DNA of 64,000 nucleotides from Ascidiella aspersa (Eukaryota). The notes below the pieces were generated by a model that was given only the letters and a program-made list of their open reading frames with translations, searched no databases and was not told the DNA's origin. This document shows, piece by piece, positions 28,340-42,400 of the stretch; position 1 is the stretch's first letter, and each line of letters opens with the position of its first letter. Where the stretch lies: contig OZ004608.1 in NCBI GenBank assembly GCA_963924565.1, positions 17,298,001-17,362,000 of the forward strand, given 5' to 3'. The translations under genes and the position numbers were made by a program.

Positions 28340-28606
28340 GGCGTTGGTCTAGAATTGTACCACTTTTTTTACAGTAACAAAACAGGTTGCCAAATTGGAA
28401 ATGGCAAGAAAGTAAGAAATATGGGAGAATAAATATAATAATCATACTTGATCTACCCAAACTCAATCTCGCAGCCCAAATAATGTTAGCAATATAACAT
28501 TGTTTACTTCCGGAGATATTACGCATAGAATTTCGAGCTGCGTACTTCCCTTCCCTTTGGTTATAAATCCACGTAAGAAAAAGTGATAAGATTCTAGATC
28601 AGCCCC
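28340..28606. mobile_element. Merlin-like MITE, diverged copy
   Basis: GGCGTTGGTCTAGAAT/ATTCTAGATCAGCCCC; TSD caaaattc/taaaattc. Confidence 0.7.
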
Positions 28607-28758
28607 TAAAATTCGAAACAATAGCATTTTGTAACGTTTTTTATACTACAAATATCCTATTGTGAATACTTTCTTTAGTGTTCCATCTATACATATCATA
28701 ATTTGTTGCCATTAAAAATTATTTTAGTCGAAATCCTACCCCGGCGGTTACATTTTAT

Positions 28759-29015
28759 GCCAGCTGGCAACACCTGTGGAAAGTATGGCAAGTGCACCCG
28801 CGAGTTTTTATCAACCTTTCAAAAGTGCACCCAAAAAATTCTGAACTGCACCCCAAATTTGTAAGACGCTTGTGCGGCATACATTTACAGGGCATTAAAA
28901 AATCATTAAGTGGATCCGAGGTGCACTTTTTTGACCTTTGTTGCACCCGGATTTTTTCGGCCGTGCACCCGCGAGATCTCGTTGAGATCTGCCATACTTT
29001 CCAGACTGGGCTGGC
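28759..29015. mobile_element. MITE with repeated TGCACCC(G) motifs
   Basis: TGGAAAGTATGGCA/TGCCATACTTTCCA inverted repeat inside GCCAGC/GCTGGC ends. Confidence 0.6.
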
Positions 29016-30479
29016 AATACTTGCGGGGTTACGCTTTCGGCAACCATTACACCATCCATGACTGAGTTTTTTGGCGGAAAGTGTCTGGAAGGCAATCGGA
29101 CTGAGTTAATAGTATCCCATCACCGCAGACTATGGCATAGGTTATGAGGGAATAATTAGAACTTTTTTAATGAATTCCGATGATACATTCTAAAACCAAG
29201 CGTATATCACATAAGACCCAACTGAAATCCTTCTTTTACATCAATGTTTATTTTAATTTGTAAATACCAAGTAGTAAGCCTATTTGGTAATAAAATTCCA
29301 TAAGTAACATTTCACGAAAGGTCAACAAAATGTAAAGAATTTTTTTTTTGTGTGTATTAACTTTTTTTGCTAAAAAATACTTGGGTGACCAAAAGTAAAG
29401 GTTGGAAGCCATATATAATTTTTGTTAGAGCTGTTTATTTAGTTTGGTTGGGTGCATAAGTTATTATCCTACACTCCTACTACTAACTTGTTTATAGTGT
29501 TTAATTTCCATTAGAAGTCAAGTCATTTTCAATAAATACTGTCCCAGTCTAAGTCATTCCCATACCAGGTCGAGAACAATGTTTTGCATAGCAAACACAA
29601 GAAAAGTGCTTGACTTAAAGTCACCACTATACTATTAATTTCTATTCATCTGTTCATCAGACACTATAGATTACCTACAGCGAACTATTTTAAATTTGTG
29701 AGGTTTTAATGATTCAGCTTTATGTCTACCGTCCATGAAACTTTCCTTAGTTACCAATAACTTTTTTTTAATTGCCAGATCAATATAAAACCTGCAACTT
29801 ATAGACAATATTTTCTGCTTTCTTCAAAATTTTGAAATTTTGCTAACCGTTACACTATATAATGTTGTTACATGTGAAACCTAATTTGAAAAATATGGTA
29901 GATCTCAATGAGATCATTGTTTTCATGGCCGTAAAAATCTTGGAAGACCAGGTGCACAAAAAAACAAAAGTACCCCCAACACTTATTGTACTTAAAAATA
30001 TGGGCACTTTTGTGGATAGGGGTTCGGTTGTTCACTTGTCATGTTTTCCACAGTTTTGTGTGACATCTATTTTTTAAATCAATAGCTTGCTTATAGGTAT
30101 AATTAATTCCCCCAATTACAAATTTCTTTGCCATGAAACATTCTTCAAAATTTTATTTTTTGAAATATATTATATTGTTTATTTATCAGCAATCTAAAGC
30201 TGTTAATCTCTAGTGTTAAGGGTCAGACTGTATTTATATGTTTTAAAATTTATTATAAAAATTAAATGCTTTAAAATTCTTCTGTATTTGGACGTGCTAA
30301 AATTTTGCTGCTGCATAGATCAGCATCTTAAAGTACATCGGGTATGTTGAACTATGTAATTTAGCAGAAATAGATTAACATTTGTTTTAGACCTTATTTA
30401 GTTTTACCAATGTACTTCTAATGGTAATATCAATTTTTAAAAGCATATTTTATTGTTTAAATTCCCTTTTAACACAGAA

Positions 30480-33400
30480 ATGAGAGAGATGGACTTTGGG
30501 AGATCCACAAATGGTACAAAGGTGAGTTCAAAATTGTTCCTAAATATATATGGAAAGTGCAGATATGCTATTCTAGAGGTTTAATTTTTGTTATATATTT
30601 TTTTCTATTGGATAAACTTTTGACAGTTGTTTTTCTGCATTTTTTCATTAAGTATGTTTCTTGATTAACATACATATAATGTAAATATAGGTTTAAAAAA
30701 CATTACAAACTATTGGTGTTGAATACTTATCGTTTTCCAATTTATTGTTATTAAATATAATTAGTTTGTTTGAATTTCAAAAGTCAGGTAAAAAAGTTAT
30801 ATTTTTATTCAGTGTTACAATGTGACTAGAATCAACATAGTTTTGTTGTTGTTGTTGTTACAGACTTGTTTTATGATAGTAAGTGTTGACATTAAACATT
30901 AATCAACTACAGTATGCTGTTAACTAAACTAAACATATATTAATGTATTTGCATTGCATTTTTACACTATTGATTTTTATCCTCATAAAAGGTTCATTTT
31001 ATTTCCAACACAAAGATGCGAACCTAGTTTTCACGGGTGTCATTCGTTTCGTTGTCTGGCGTGTTTGAGCAGACGCGCGTTTTCTTGCGACTCCACTCAA
31101 GCCCCGCACCTTGTAGACAAAGAGTGCGTGCAAACCTGTGTTGTTGTTCGTGACCGACCTCCCCACACATTGAGCCAGGGTTTGGGGAAAAGGTCCCGTC
31201 TTGTGTTTTCGTTTCCCCGTTTTGCGCAATATCTAAGCCAGCCCGTCACGCCTGGTGGACAAAGCCGCCAGTCCGTGACGGGTAACGAGAGCCGCCTGTT
31301 TTCAGTGCGCCGTTCATCCGGAACTGGCGGCTCAAGCGACAAGCATTCACAGCCACTGGAACATGAAGTTGCTATGGCGGAGCTGGCCCACACTTTTGCC
31401 TGGTCGCCTGTTGACTATTAGTAGTGCTTGCTCGTGGAAGGAGTCTTGTATATTGTGGATGTGTGACCCCTCTCCACCGACTGGGAGAAACGCATTTTAT
31501 AATCAGTGAAAGTGCACTACAATGGGTTCTGTGCTCTGGGCGGAAGTCGCTGCACGCGAATTTTCCCTATAATACGCGGATGCTGGCAGTATAGTTAGAT
31601 TTTGCTGGCCTCTGTCTGAGCTATATGCACAGTTAGCATACACCGTTAGAAAAGCTGACGAACAGTGCACTGCAATTTAGCGAAAATCATCTCGATAACA
31701 CTGTCATTTGAAGTTTACAGCTGCCAATTAACTTCGCTCTCGTTTCCGCAATGTCCAGCATAGGTCGTCTTGCCTGAACGCAGATGTACTCAAAATTACA
31801 CGGTGTTCAGTTGTTAGAACATAAAGCAACAGCGTTATATCAGTTTATATGGAGTTTATTGAGGTTGCGCGGACCCATTCGAATTGTTGTCTGGTTCTCC
31901 GAACATAAATAATCGTGATAGGTTTGCCGAAATTGGAGCAGGTAATTCATGACACTTCACGTAGCACTCGTAGCAGGTACCACAGTTACTCCATTTGATT
32001 TCAGTGGGATGCCGAAGATAAAAGGCTGTGCCACAGATATAACGGTCACCGCTGAACTCGTAGCATCGCAATTTATCGATAGTGTTTTTTTTGTGTGTAT
32101 TTCTCTGGCAAATCGATGTTATTCACTCACCTGCAATTAACTTTTCCTTAGAAGGCAAAAGAAGGAACAAGGTTTTATGAGGTTTCGGTCGAATCGAGAA
32201 AGGTCGCGCGCTTTTTGGAACAGCACCAGTTACGTCGTATGCTTCGCAAACCGCCAAAAGCAATGCGCGTGAACTTTTGCATGATTTTCACCTTCTTCGT
32301 TAACGCGCGTGGATTTTCGGAAGCCTATATTTAATCTGTTGAGGCAAGTTTTAAAAAAGTATTCCTCGAAACAGTCTTCCTGTTTGATGCTTGCGCTATA
32401 CGTTTATTTTTATATTGCTTGTGTGTCAAGTTTTACTTTAATAATAATGTAATTTGGCCCACTGATTTTGAGCCTTATCTATTAGTCTGTTGGGTATAAA
32501 CAGACATTGAATTCCTGCGCAGTTTTAGCCACTAATTAACATATATAGCTACGGACAACACTCATTCTATGCTTTAATTTGTATGTTTCGTTTATTTTTG
32601 CTTAAATGTGCAGAGGTTTACCAGGTTTACTTATTGCGTAACTCTCCTTTTGTGGCGTTCGCAACTAACTAAGGCTAGTCTTCAAATTTTCCTGTTTTGT
32701 ATAGAATATAATTTTCACGAAATTTCGTATAATAAGCTATATGGTTAACTTATCTATTGACCTTATCCTTGTATGAAACAAAACCCAGCAGTGGTATTAC
32801 TATTTAGGGTAATCGAAATTTGCGTAATAATGGTATATTTCTTTTCTGTGCATTGATTTGTTTAGCGAATTAAAAAAATTATCGTTTGGTTAAAGAATAG
32901 AACTTATAAAAAATGGGAGTAACAAAATGCCAACTCTTTCGCTTTGATTTTACGACGGACTTCCTCACATTATTTTATATGGCTGTTTTCAAAAAGTATC
33001 AACTTTCCAACACAACGGAATTAAAAAAACATTTTTACATGAAACGAATTTTGAACAATTGGCAGGTGTGTTTGTGCCCAACAGAATATTGCTTTGGCAG
33101 CTAAACGCATCGAAAGGTATCGAATGGGACGTCGGCTTTGGAAGGCCTCGGACGGCCTTTGTCTACTGTTGGAGCGTAACGCGCCCTTACGCTGGTGGGA
33201 CGGGCTCGCTTTATTGCTTGTAGTTGTGTATATGCGCGCGATACGGTTCCTTTTTTCGTCGAATTTATGCCATAACCGGCGTGTCGCGCGATGGATACAA
33301 GGCTGGTAACGGCGTCGTGTAACAACAGCGGTCGATATGATATAAAGGTAACCTTCTTTGTTCCATGCCGACTCCCATGTGCTTAAATTAACGGCCTTAC

Positions 33401-36400
33401 ACCCGACAATTATGCGCTTGTTCCAAGCCAGATGCTGTGTTTTTGGCGTAACGCAGGAATGCAGGTCGTTTCAGGCGTATTTTGTCCTAAAGCAGAACCC
33501 GAGTGGGAGAGGCGGCCAAGTGGAAATCAAAAGGGCGAGTTGAAACTCTGTCGATCGCGTGTCAAGTAGACGACATCATCTCGCCACGTCGATCCGCGAC
33601 GCTCTTGTAATTGCATGCCGCTGAGGACTTAAGACCAGTGGGCGGTTGCTTACGGCCATAGTCGCAAAAGCAGTAGATTTCGCGCGCTAGGCTTGAACAT
33701 TAGCTTTCGCACGTGCACTTTGATTAGCCGACTAATTGTAGCAGAATTTTTCGATATCTAGCAGTCTTAGGCGTCGCTGTTTTCTTTATAAACCCAAGAC
33801 AAGCATCTAGCGAGGACAAATATTTACCTGCGGTATTGTGCGCCATATGTCGGCCCATGTGGCTAAAGCCTCTGTGTAAACGGCAACGGACGGGAACAGA
33901 TGAATAATGACGTTTGGACGCGTTTCGGGCGATTAAAAAAGCTTCACTGTCAATAAGAATCAGCAAACCGAAAACACTACCGCTCAAAGCGTATTTGCGG
34001 GTGTAGTTTTAACTTTAGATGGTCTAAAAGTGTTGTGCCCGCAAGGCAGTGACTTCGAATTTGCTAAACCGAAGATTACTAAGCACCATGATCATCTGCT
34101 GTTTCTAGTTCGCGTTTCCCAAAAATATAAATTGAACCTGTGATTTAAGATCTTGTCGATATTGTTCTGGTTATTTTAATATTTTACGGAAAAACACACT
34201 AACTTTACCGTTTGTGTTCGTATTTAAAGAACATAGGGTCAACACTTTTTCGAACTGTTTCTGCAAAGGCTATAAAGGCAGCTCAGGAAAAGGAAGCCAG
34301 TCATAGTCAAGACAGTGTGTTCAACTGTTGTGAGCAAGGAGATGTCTTTGGTATTCCTTCCAGTTGCGGGCCAGGGACCACCTGTCCAGCAGTTGGCCGT
34401 TTCGGCGTTCCCGGGCCACCAGGGCCCCGTCTGCATCACGGGCCAGGCCGGGTACCCCCAGCCCCACCAGCTGGTCTTCGCGGCGCCACCTCCAGCAGTT
34501 ACGAACTACGAACGCGCAATTGTCCACACTGCAACAAAGGTGGGTTGGAATCCTTCTCGGCCTCGCAGAATGTGGGTACCCGACAATTGTCGCCTTCGCG
34601 CGGTTTACGCTGCATATTTTTTGGTTTCCTTTTGCTCCGGAAATGGGGTCGGTTGGGCATAGGATGGGGCACGCCGAACGTGCCGCAGCAATTGCACACC
34701 CACCCGACCCATCGCGTCGTTTCCTGGCGATACGCAGGTGCAGCTGAGTCTCACACGGTCTCGTGTTCAACGAGGTCGTATCGGATTCTGACTTCCCGCC
34801 GATGCCTGCTAACGCTTTACCTCGCTTAAGTCTGTATTGCTGAGGTTTTGCTAAGTACGTTTCAATAAAGGAAATTTAAATTTACGATTTTTTCACCTGT
34901 TATATTTTTGTAGAGAAATAACGACGACAATTCACATCTTCTCGCTGGATCTGTTGACAACGGAGCAAAAAAGGTAGCGCATTTCCATTTAGAGAAATTT
35001 ATTAAAATGAAAACTTTATTTCGAGTAACTTTTTTTTTGTTATATATTTTAAATAAAGTTATACACTAAACTGCTTTGATACTTACTTTTTCCATGGTTA
35101 CGGGTGTATTGTTTTGAGCGCTGAATACCATAGACGCCTTAGTATAATTTTGCTCCCTATTGTTCTTAGTTTATAGAGCCATCTGTCCTAGTAAATTGCA
35201 TTTGTAGTGTCCTTTCGACCAAATATAACCCTAAACTGGCTTGGAAGTAAGAATTATTCAAAAAATTTATTGTGTGAAGTGAAGTCACAATGAGGTAGGA
35301 ATTCATAAGTAACGCTTCAGTGATCTGTCGGCTTTAGTCAGGGATTTCGTAAGTGGACCTTTTTGCAATATATATTTCTCCGTCCCTGTAGCTTGTTTTT
35401 TACAGTCTGTTGCCCGATTCGTATCACTTAACGTCGACATAACCTCGTTGTAAAAATCAAACGTTCGTATTATTCCCAAACACTTTTCTTTGTGCTGTGC
35501 TCCGTTTATTCATTGTAATATGTTTTTTTGTTTTAATTAACACCGTCCTAAAGGTAATCAAACAGAATTTAACAGTAATTAGCTTGAATAAATCTGAAAA
35601 AATTTGCAATGGTTACTTACCTAGTAAAATGTCGATGTTAATCTTGTAAAGCGTACACGCACTAATGCAAAACTATTCATGTTCCTTCTTAAAGACGACA
35701 CCGCCATAATAAACGGTAATACGTTTAAACGATGGCGTCTAATCCGAACCTTTCACCTTTTGTTGCAGATTAAGACTGAGCGCATCGACCCTAGTCAAGT
35801 GTCCAAGGTGGTGCACTTGCGCAGTTTGCCCAACGACGTGTCCGAAACCGAGGTCATACAACTGGGCATGACCTACGGCCGAGTCACGAACGTTTTAATG
35901 CTCAAGGTGGGAATCTCACTTTTATTCACGTAGCTAACGACAATATCAAGATAAAACTGGTCGGTGATTTTAATCGTTATTTTAATTGACGGAAACTCAT
36001 TGGCTATATAGCATTTAAACAACAACGTGCAATTAGTTTTAATGCGAAAGTTTTCGCTTGTACCAAAGTAGCGAACTGCGTGTCATTGTCGGTCAAAGTG
36101 TTGACACCAGGTGCAAGTTTCTAGTCCCGTCTGTGCTGATAATATCGAAGTCCTTGGAGAGCTTTCCCCAGCCGCAAGGCAGCATGACTAAATATTCGCA
36201 TGAAGCTTGAGCCTCTGTGTGTTCCAGCCAATTCTCAGTTAGCTTTAAAGCGCAAATTACAGGGCGTATACTTCTTATGGTTTTCGGGTTGGGCGTCCGG
36301 TGATCGCGAACGCATCTTTAATCTACAAAGAGATACATTTATCTTATCTTTATTGCACGTAAATACCCCAAATTATATGTCACTTCAAACTTTATTTTCA

Positions 36401-39400
36401 AATGTGTAAGTTTCTGATTTTACCGAGCTATATTTTCTTTAATTTGATTTGCATGACATTACAACTATTTAGGCCTGACTAACAGCGGTCTTTTCCCATA
36501 TTTAATACACATACTTTTCTATTGTTTAATACACAGATTTTGTCATTGTAATGCGTTGCACCAAATAGCATAGTTCTCCTTGCAATCATAGCCGCCCGGA
36601 CTACTGCTCTCTAAATTTCAACAATAAAATACGATAAAACAAAAAACCTCCTGTAGCCGATAGCAAACAAACTAACGTTATTTTATATTTTAATAAAAGT
36701 ATGTTGTCCCTAAAAGTTTTAAATGCACTAAATTAGCGCGCAATGAAAACCCTAAAACATTATAGGAGATATAGTCGACATAATACTGTAATGATCAGTA
36801 CGAATGTACACGAAAATGCTTTTACAAGGACAGTTGTTGCTTTCTTACAATTTGCCACGATTGTCACACCTCAAATAGGCCCTTAAAATAGTCCAAAACT
36901 TGATCTCCTCTCTAGTTTAAACAATGTTCGTAAGATAACTCTCTTGACTATTTTGCCATATTATCTTGAAGCACACTTGCTAGAAAACAAACGCTGCTGA
37001 CAATTTGTCAACCTATTCAAACACCAAAAATAATATAAGCACTTACAAAAAGGCCACTAGTGCTGAATACACGACTGTCATGGACAGAGTGCCGTTTGTG
37101 ACTTAAGGGGCTTCAATTGTCGCTGTAAGGTTTGACTACCATCCAGGGTTTTATACATGTTGAACCTCAAAACAAACGCATAAAGGATGACACTGTGACG
37201 TGCTACAGGGTCAGGTTGTACGAATTTATTTTAAAATCAAATCGCAGGCGTCGTTTGTAGTATAATTATGATTGAATGCACGCCGATTAATCAAAACGGT
37301 TGTTTCAGATTTTACCTTCAAAACATTTAAATTGTCGTTTTTAAGTATTCGGCAAATTACAGTGGCGGTGCCTTGTTACGTGAATCTTCTCCATTTCTAA
37401 TTACCCGACAATTTGCTCTCAATCACAAGGCAAAAGTTAGTTTCCCAATTTGCTCGCCGCTTTGCCGAAATGTGTTGCGTGGACTTACCGATCGGTAACA
37501 AAAACAGGAGAAATGCTAATCTTAACGGTGTACCGCCAAGTTTGTAGGAAAAACGTTATATGCAAATCCCTGTTTGGCTCCACGTGCTGTTGACCGTACT
37601 TAACCTTTAAAGCAACGCACATGCTAGCGTTTGTAAATCCCGCATTCGCCATATTGTGGTTTCATCACAAACCTATCACTCCAATCTGTTTGTCTATTAT
37701 AGAGTAGGCTGTGTATCTTTTTACATTTCAAATCCAATGGCCCGGTGATTCATTTTTTAAACTGTAAGTGTAACCTGATCTTTTTTAGAGGTTACTTGTG
37801 TTTTAAGTCCATACAGAAAAAATAACCTAACTAAAAACAAATGTACTTATAATATAAATGAAAAACATTGAAACATAATTGTTAAAAATAGATTTAATAC
37901 ATGAATGGTGAATAGTAATATTAAAAATTTTGTTTTATTAGCCTAAAAAAAAATATTGTTAGTTTTGTTACTTTGTTAAACCTCAGCTTCGAATTTTCCG
38001 TCATAACGTAGTGTAATGTTTCGCTGCATTATTATGGCTATGAATTATGTGGTTGAAGATTGATGGCAACGCCTATCCGGCCGTTTATAAAGGAGGCGAT
38101 TTACCCGATGCTTAGTATTTACTTCCGGCGTTTCACTTTTATTATATCCACAATAAATGTGCTTCATGGTAAACCAATTACTGGCGAAAATTGTTGCAGA
38201 TTTAAAGTTACCTAAATCCGACGAAGTTTCAACAATAAAAGTTCTACTTGCGCATTGACGACCTAATGACTCCGCAATGGGTGCAATTCACTCAACATAT
38301 ATAACTCCGTCCGTAATCGCATTTTTAAGAACCATTCGTAGCTCACTCAAACCCATGGCGTTACAATAAGCCAAGCCTTAACTCCTCTATTATCTAAGTG
38401 CAGAGTGAAACTTAGGAATAACTAACCCCAACCAAGGACGTAGGCTAAAACTGGACGTCATTTACCAATGTTAAAACCAAGTCATTTTGAAATAACTTAA
38501 GTCTAAGTCAAAAGTCAAGTCCCAGTCCAAGTCATCAGTTGCCCAAGGCAAGTCCCAGTCAAGTCATTTTATAATAAAATGGTAATTAAAAACACTTAAT
38601 TTCCAGCCAAGTCATTTGACTCAATGACTTAAGTCCAGTCAAGTCATTTGTCTAAAATACTTGAGTCGAGTAAAGTCATTTGAAAACAATACAACACCGT
38701 TATTTACCCAGTGCCGTGATTGTAGAGCAAAAAAACAGCCGTAACCCTTTTTATCCTGTGACTGCAGGGTAAGAATCAGGCGTTTCTGGAAATGGAAGAT
38801 GAGGATACCGCCACGCAGATGGTGGCCGGAAGTGAGATGAGTCCGGCAACTATTCGAGATCGCATCATTTTCGTTCAGTTCTCCAACCACAAAGAGCTGA
38901 AGACGGACAACTCGCCAAATCAACTGGTATAGGGATATGCACTCGATTATAAGGAGTATCGTGGGGGCGCTATTGTCTGCTGATGCGAGCATCTTTTATT
39001 GTAACAAAGTTTCGCATCCGATTTGTTGCTAAAAATATATCTTGCCAGTTTTTCTATTGAACTAATAAGGTTCGAAAACTGAAAACGAAACTCTGTTCTA
39101 AGACTCCTAGGATACTGATACAATTTGTAATGAATGACACAACGGCATTGTACTTGCAATATTAAAGATTTTTGTGGGTAAATCTGAGCGTTGTTACATA
39201 AACATAGGCTTATACAAGGAAGCTTATAGTTGTTTACAATCAGGATAGCCACAGTAGCACGATTTTCGCTTCTGCGTACTTTCCTTTTAAAAATTGTACA
39301 AGATTTTGCGGCGAGCGAACGTGATGTTTTGTAGTTTCAGGTAGATCGAACGGTAACCGCAATCTGAAGTTGTGGAGTTTGCAAACGCAAAACGAACAAA

Positions 39401-42400
39401 CTTTACTGTAAATAAGTGTAGTGCAGAGAAATGCTTTTTCTTACTAATCACCGGCGTTTATGAGGGAAATTGTTATGAATTATTGAGCGCAAAAATGACG
39501 TCTTTCCGTTTGGCCGCTCTCTGGCCCATTGTTGCCATTATTAAGCGAGTCATGTGCAAACACAATACAAAATACGGTTGAGGTTTCACTCTTCCCTTCC
39601 CTGTTATTTTTGTTTTATATTATTCAGGTTTTAATGCTTAACAATATATGTGATCCGCGCCTATGTAACATTTAAAAATAATGTCCTATTTTTAGAATAA
39701 GAGCGAAATGCACTAATCAACTGAGGATAAGCGCACCAAAATAAAGCCACATTTGATTTTTACTGTTTTATCGAATCATTACATCCTTCAAATGATTGCT
39801 GCATGTTTTACCTATGGAGCAGCTTTAATTTGCTTTACATCTTTGCTGTTTATTCAACATAAAAGAGAGACTGAAATCTTACGTTAAGAATAAAAAAACA
39901 CGAGGATAACTTGACACGTCTAGACCATTCTATAAAATCTTAAAATTTCGACCGGATATTTCGGGTTGGGGCGATAGCCATAACTGGAGTGCGATTCGCG
40001 GTTAAGAATATTACCTGTTTGAATGCCAGTAGGGCTTCTGTTGTGCATTGTTTGTTGTGGAAGTTTATAATAAGCGTCACGTTTGTTTGTGGTGATGGCT
40101 GTAATCTTTCTACGTCGTCAAGTTTGAAACGGTAGCAAGTCGAATACCATCTTGCACTTACTAAGTCATTATTCCAACCTTTTCTGTCTATAATGTTATT
40201 TTGCGAAGAGCAAACGAAAGTAAATCTCCAAAAAGTAATGAACATGTGGTTTTAAAGATTATAGCTTTGTCGCAAAGGTTGTTTTTGTGATTTTTTAGGA
40301 CAACCCAAAATATTTTGCAATTCAGGCACTGACACTGTTTTAAATGATAAATACCGTTTGTGTAACTCACTGTAGCAGTTTCTGGTGATGCGCCAAACAA
40401 CCAAGCAAAGCGAAACTAAAAGACATACCATTTGACAAACGCCATTTTTTCTTTACAGAAGGCTCAAGCGGCTTTGCAAGCGATGCAGCAGGCGGATGGG
40501 GGTGGCCTAAATCACGTTCTGCGTATCGTGGTTGAGAACATGCTCTATCCCATCACCATCGACATTCTGCACACCATCTTCTCCAAATTTGGCGTCGTGC
40601 TCAAGATCATTACATTTAACAAGAACAGTTAAGTCATCCGTTGTCGTTATTTTGCTTTCATTTTTATTGCCTGTTTTTTGAGCTATATTGAGCCCAATAG
40701 CCAAATATGCGTAGAAATTAATTGCTTTAAAGGCACAGTTTTTCTTAACGTGGTGTTAACCATTTGTGCAGATGTTGCAAAATTTGCGTTTGAAAGGAAA
40801 AAAATTGAGTTTTTTTTTCCGAACAGTCAGTGGCTTTTAAACCGGTATTCGCCGACCCCTTGAGATCCGTGATAAAAGTGATTATATCAGCCAGATCACA
40901 TGTTTTGCATTGAATTTTGTTAATTCTAAATCTGTTGACTGTTTGCGTTCAGTTAGAAGTTTTTTAGACTGCTTATTTGAATGTTAAAAAAACGTTTTGT
41001 AGCCCGATTACTACTGGTTTACATTTTCAACCGAGTGTTTATGCGCTTATAGCCTTTGTTCAGTCCCGGGATGGACATCATTTTTGAAAGTGTTTAATGA
41101 TTTGTTGTCTTTCATCAACTGTGTTCCTGCCGTGAAAGCATTTTACATTTTTTTGCGAAATATCAATTAAATAAAATCACATATTCGATTTTTTTGGTTT
41201 ATTTAGGTTTATTTAGTTTTGTTTATATGCCTTGCAGAGGCTAACTATCAATTAATTTGAAAAAATTGTTTAGTAACGCGCAGCTCAAATTAAAAAAAAT
41301 TGGACATTATTTATTTTGCGAGGACAATTACTATTTAAATATTCGTACACAGTTATCCCCATGCAGCGTGTGCATTCTGAATTTTACGCATTTTATTTAG
41401 GCATAGCTTGACTAACAGAAACATTAGCCACTTTTTATCGCGTTCCTCTAAACAATGGAAAAACTTCATTGACGGGAAGCTGCTAATTTGACACTTATCC
41501 GGTGCTGACCAAACTATTATTTTCATGTCTTAAATATAAATCATAAACATGTGAAAAATTATATAATAAGTAATATTTTTAATTATAGTCATTAGCTGTA
41601 ACTGTTACTTATCTTTGAATCGACACCAACAAAAATAAAGATACACTAACATCTATTTCGAAGTGTTTTTTGGATTGTCATAACTTTGCTGTTTGAATTT
41701 TCAGACCAATTTCAAGCATTACTTCAGATGGGCGACAGCATCCAGTCACAAACAGCAAAGCTCGTAAGCTTGTACAACACTATACTAATAGACTATGTAT
41801 TGTATTAGGCATCTAAAATACGAATATGGAATATATAGCTTGTTTAAAATGCTTATGCAGTGGTTCTCAAGTTTTTTTTCATATGCCTCCCTTACACACT
41901 TAAACTTTGTTAATTGCTCCCCAGAATAAATTATTGAATTATTTCACCTTTACTTAGTTTTTTGCTTCTGTTTACCTTGTTTACAGAAAAATAAACCTAC
42001 AGTAAAATAGGCGACAAATATGCGCAAATACCCAACATAGTTATAAGCGAATGCACTTTTATATAGAGGCACAGAAGGTGCAAAAAATGAACGTTTTATC
42101 TATCCCTTTCTTATAATTTTGCGGTTGTATTTTCGTCCTGAAAAATGTCAAGCCCCGCTAAGCAGTGCTACACAATATTTTTTAATTGCCTAACACTATT
42201 AAGGTTTACATTTTTGGCGGCACACTTTTTTTGACAATTAGAAATATGATCACATATCTAAGGCAGGCCAGTACGATTTGAAGTTTTATGGATAGATGTG
42301 CTCAAGCACCCATCTTTTGACTTTTTTGATTCCCTTATTATAAATCTTGCGTTTTTTATGAGCCCTTGTAAAATGTAAAAAGCCTCACTTACTCAACCTT

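Noticed and set aside
30954-31421. 155-aa ORF in PTBP intron 1
   Set aside because: Non-ATG start, no recognisable domain and no compatible splice sites. Likely a consequence of higher local GC.
34212-34829. 205-aa ORF and other overlapping frames around the alternative PTBP exon
   Set aside because: Only the ATG-34342 frame has a proper start and an in-phase donor. The others are GC-rich shadow frames.
38765-38773. CAG-G-GTAAG as a recursive splice site or 1-nt exon
   Set aside because: GGTAAG is explained by the conserved Gly-Lys codons of RRM1 (KGKNQAF), and the AG and GT are not directly juxtaposed.
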